DNA of 64,000 nucleotides. Source: an uncultured Gemmataceae bacterium (GTDB taxonomy: Bacteria; Planctomycetota; Planctomycetia; Gemmatales; Gemmataceae). A program made the position numbers and the translations under genes. Where the stretch lies: assembly GCA_963750165.1 (NCBI GenBank), contig CAVVPN010000003.1, forward strand, positions 1,472,001-1,536,000, read 5' to 3'. Of the stretch, positions 59,991-64,000 are shown piece after piece; positions within the stretch are counted from its first letter, which is position 1; every line of letters begins with the position of its first letter. Below the pieces are notes generated by a model. The model saw only the letters and a program-made list of their open reading frames with translations. It was not told the DNA's origin and did not search any database.

Positions 59991-62900
59991 TCACGGCAGC
60001 CGAAACGCCCACAGCTTCCCGTCCGCGTCGCCGACGAACAGCTGGTCCCCGAGCCACTCCAGTGCCGTCACGTCCTGCGGCAGCCGCTGTTGCGCCAGCA
60101 GGGTCCCGCCGGCGTCGTAAACGTGAATGGTGCCGCCCCAGAACGCCACCACGGTGCGCTTGCCGGCGGGCACCACGAACTTCACCAGCCGCGTCGGCCC
60201 GACGCGCTTCTGCACATCCGCAACCGCCCTGGCGTCGATGGGCCTCGAGAACGCCTTTAGTTCCTTCTGATAATCCGCCTCGCTCAGCACGACTTTCTTA
60301 TCAACCAAGCCGTCCAGGCCGACCTCGGCCCGCGTGCGCGCGGCGGTCAGCACCATCACGGTCTTCCCCTGAGGTCGCATGGCCGCGACGCGATCATCCA
60401 GCCCCCCATACCGCAATCGCTTCAATTCCGGCGCCGGCGGCGCTGGTTTCGCCGGTGTGACCTGGCCCGTCAACGGCAGCCGCAGCGGCGTCAGCGGTTC
60501 GATGCCGGCGAGCAGTTCGTACAGCGTGCCGACTGCCTCGCTCATGCCCGCCGCGTCATACGCGATCAGCGTCACCGACTCCTGCAGCACACCAACCGCG
60601 TCGCGCTGCCACGCCAGGTAACCGCGGCCCGGCCCAGGCAGGTCGAGCTTGTTCGGCACGTACGGCAGGAATTTCAGGTCCGCCAGCGTCTTGGTGATGG
60701 CGTTATCCTCCGGCGACCCGAGCAGGATCACCGGCCCCTCGACCGCGTACCCGACCTGCACCGGGTCGTTCTTGTCGCCGACCTTGATGCTACCCTTGCC
60801 GGTGTGGTTCAGGCCGATCCACGTCTCGGCCTCCGCCACCGTGATGACGCGCGGCTTGTTCACGGCGTCCACGTCCACGACGGTACACTTAACGTTCCAT
60901 GGCTTCAGGATCTTGACCAGCCGCTCCGCCGCCTCCTGGTGGTACGCGGCCTTGCCCTTGACGATGGTGACGTGGTGGTGGCCGCGGAAGAAGCGGTACA
61001 GGTTCGCGCGATCCTCGGGCAGGTACACGGCTCGCTCCGTGGAGCCGGCGGCGGCGTTGCCCTTCGCCAGCGCCGGGTAGGTGAAGGACGCGCGGCCCTC
61101 CCGGTTGGCCAGCGGCTCGGTGACGACGACGGCCCACTTGCCCGGGGGGTCGTTCAGCGCCAGCGGCAGGCTCAGTTGCAGCACGCCGCGGTCGGTGGCC
61201 CGGTACAGGTCGTAGCGCACCGCCCCCTGCGGGTCGAGCACGCGCACCCGCAGCGGGGCCGAACCGCTGAGCAGCGCCTTGTCCCGATCCTGCAGGACGG
61301 CGCTGAACTCCAGACGGATCGGCGCGTTAGTTTGGGTAAAGTCGCGGCGGAGGACGGGCTGGCCGACGCTGACGTAGAACAGTGGCCGCGCCGGGCGGGC
61401 GAAGACACGCAGCTGCCCCGGACCGAACCGATAGGTCGCCTCCAACCGGCCGTTGTTCTGTTCAAACAACGTGGTCACCCCGGTAACGGCGTCAAACACC
61501 ATGCGGCCGTCATCGGGCAGGCTCAGCGTCGCCGTCACCGCCTTGACGCCCAGCATGGGGTCGCCCGCCGGGTCGTGCGTGGCGTTGACCGCGAACAGGT
61601 ATTCGATGTCGCCGAAACTCTGCCGCGTCACGACGATGCCCGGCTCACTGCTGGTCATCGGCGGCTTGATGTTCGCCTTCTCCAGATGCGGCTTGATGGC
61701 CTTCGCCAGCGCCGCGCCGCCCTGCAACATCTGCCGCATTTGCTGCAGCTTGGCCGCCTCCTTCGGGTTGGTCTTCTTCAGCTCCGCGATCTTCGCCGCG
61801 TCCGGGAAGCCCGGCACCGCGTCCATCTTCACCGACCCGTTGACCTTCACGGTGCAGTCGCCCGTCAGCAGCACCAGGCCGCCGCCCTTCGCGAACTCCT
61901 CCAGGCCGCGGATCACGTCCGGGTCCAGGTAATCGAGCGACGTGAGGATGATCGCCTTGTGGTTGTCCGCCAGCGTGCCGTCGAGAATATCTTCCTCCAT
62001 GACGGGCAGGAATTGCTGCTGCATCTGCTTGCCCGCGAGGTAGACGAACACCAGGTTGCGGCCGTGCCTGGTTTCGTGGGCGTAGTTGACCTTCATGTTC
62101 TTCGTCTGGTCGTGGATCATCTGCGACAGCGAGAACAGCACCGCGACCGGCGGCCGCTCGACCGGCATGGTCGTGAAGATGGTGCCGAGCCGGCCCATCA
62201 GGTGATTGGTCGCCACGATGGCGGCCGCGGCCTTGCTCTTCGCCGGATCGCCCGGCTCCAGCTCCGGCGGACTCATCATGCCCTGAATGTTCGTCTGGAA
62301 GCACAGGTATTGCTCCAGCCGGTACTGGTCGCTGGTCGTGCTGCCATACCACGTCGGCAGATACCAGTTGGGCCGGCTCAGGTCACGCGCCCGGGCGAAC
62401 TCCAGGAAATACGCCGGGTTGAAGTAGCCGGGGCCGAAGTCGTGATAGCCGCCGTGACCGCTGATGACCGGCAGGCTGCGGACCACGTTGAAATAATAGC
62501 CATCCGTGAAGGCGCTGAAGCCGTACTGACTTTGCGTCACCGAGAGGTAGTCAGGCCGCACGGCGCGGACGCCGAACTGCGCGTCCTGCCACGCCGCGTC
62601 CATCAAGCCGAGCTTCCAGCGCGCCCAGTGCGCCCACAGCTTGACGTGCGCCGGGTTCTTCGGGTCGATCTTGTGATAGGACGGCAGCTTCTTGCCGAAC
62701 GCCGCCTCGTAGGAGCGCAGCTGCGACGGGATGCCCTGCGGCGAACCTTCGCCCGTCTCGGGGTGCTTCAACCAGGTCAGGCCGGGCTCGTCGTAGAAGT
62801 GGACGCCGGGCACGTTCGGCCGGGTGCGGTCCATGAACGCCCGACGGACGACGCGACGGGTGCCGCCGCGCATGACCAGCGGGTCGGACCAGTCGCACTC

Positions 62901-63477
62901 CTGCCGGATGTCCATCTGGTGAGCGCCGCCCATCGTGCAGTTCGACATGAAATCGACGCCGGCGCGAATGAAGTTGCCGTCGGTGTCCTGGCCGTAGTGG
63001 CCGTAAAACAGGTTGTAGCCGAGGTTGTTCTCGCCCTGGGCCAGCTGGGCGTCCTTCTCGAGCGCGGCCCCAGTTGATGAGCCGAAAACTGCTGCGGCGA
63101 ACGTGACTGAAGACCTCAATATCGACGGCGGCGGTCGCACCGTCGCAGGTGGCGGTGACCTTGTACTTGCCCGGCCGCAGCAGCCAGCCGTTGACGTGCA
63201 GGTGCTCGACCGCTCGCGCTGCCTTGCCCTGCACCTTGGCCGGACGGACGGGGAAGGTGAACGCGAGCCGGCTGCCGTCGCCGCCGTCGAGTTGCAGCAC
63301 GAGGTCGCCGGCAGTGAGCGCCCTGGCGTCGCTGCGGCTGACGGTGAGGTCGATGCGCTCGTTGGTCTGATACACCGGGCGCTGCAGTGGCAGACTGATC
63401 TTCAGCTCCGCCGCCCGGCCGGGGGCGGTCAGGGACAACGCCAGCAGGGCGGCTAGCAAGAAAGTGCGCGGCAACAT
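59991..63477 (-). CDS. Large secreted protein, putative glycoside hydrolase (TIM barrel plus GH42-like trimerisation domain); apparent frameshift near 63060
   Basis: Signal peptide MLPRTFLLAALLALSLTAPGRA at 63477; GVHFYDEP; VAVLFS...GLEEFAKGGGLVL. Confidence 0.6.
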
Positions 63478-63757
63478 GGTGGCTCTCCGTGACGGCGAGT
63501 TGCGGGTGGCGTGGTGAGTACGGTTCCAATTTCAGGATAAAAACCGCCGCCGAGGATGACCACCCCGACAAAGGCCAGGCGACTGGCAAGCAAATGACCA
63601 GCCGTGCTGAATCCGAGCGCACCGCTGTTGCTCTCCCGGTGCCGAACGGTCCTGCAAAGCCCACCGGGGCCGCCATTTGGACAGACGAGCCGTGCGGGCA
63701 CAGGCTTTGCTTCCGCCGGAGAGCATCGAGATCCCCGACGCTCTCCGGAGGCTCATC

Positions 63758-64000
63758 ATGTGCCGCACGTCCTGGCAGAAGACCCTGGTTTCGGTCTGGT
63801 TGGTCACGGCGGCGGTCGCCGGCTGCACCGCTGAGTCGCAACAGCCGGGGCCGGCAACCAGGGAAGCGCCCGTCAAGAAAATCGCGGTGGGCAAGAACGT
63901 CTTCGTGGAAGTCGAAGACCGCAAGGTGGTCCGCGTCGTCGTCCAGGCTTATGTGTGCAACCGCACGTGCGACCTGGAGCATTTTCTCTGCCGCCGGCAC
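63758..64000 (+). CDS. Lipoprotein, probably YdjY-domain family (partial, runs off the window)
   Basis: GGAGG RBS; ATG 63758; lipobox VAGC; VGKNVFVEV...RVVVQAYVCNRTCDLEHFLC. Confidence 0.55.
   Translation, partial: MCRTSWQKTLVSVWLVTAAVAGCTAESQQPGPATREAPVKKIAVGKNVFVEVEDRKVVRVVVQAYVCNRTCDLEHFLCRRH

Overview
High-GC chromosomal window, almost certainly from a Planctomycetota (Gemmataceae-like) bacterium. Support for this: TIGR03000-domain proteins, a DUF1559 prepilin-like protein, Ser/Thr kinase-WD40 and LRR proteins, an H4MPT formyltransferase and dense REP-like palindromes. Core genes: hrpB, recA, a histidine kinase/sigma-54 response regulator pair, ftr/fhcD, LysR-gltB-gltD, a NADH-dehydrogenase-like/selD fusion, prfB with its programmed +1 frameshift, and tsaE. 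Accessory content: a secreted GspG-domain/truncated-haemoglobin fusion, two tandem Gly/Tyr-rich TIGR03000 paralogues with a conserved 5' leader, and an HzsA-like c-type cytochrome carrying an in-frame palindromic insertion. It also holds a large cytoplasmic M28 peptidase, decayed toxin-antitoxin modules, one DDE insertion sequence and a catalytically degenerate NrS-1-type primase domain. That primase gene shares a candidate operator (TRTAC-N4-GTMMA) with recA. Three intergenic MITE-like elements share TTAG(A/C)GC(G/C)GTTC...GAACCGC ends but carry different palindromic cargo. About eight genes are split by 1-2 nt indels, mostly in short homopolymer or dinucleotide runs; these are most likely long-read consensus errors, not pseudogenes. 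No rRNA, tRNA or CRISPR array was recognised. All family calls come from motif recognition by eye, not database searches.
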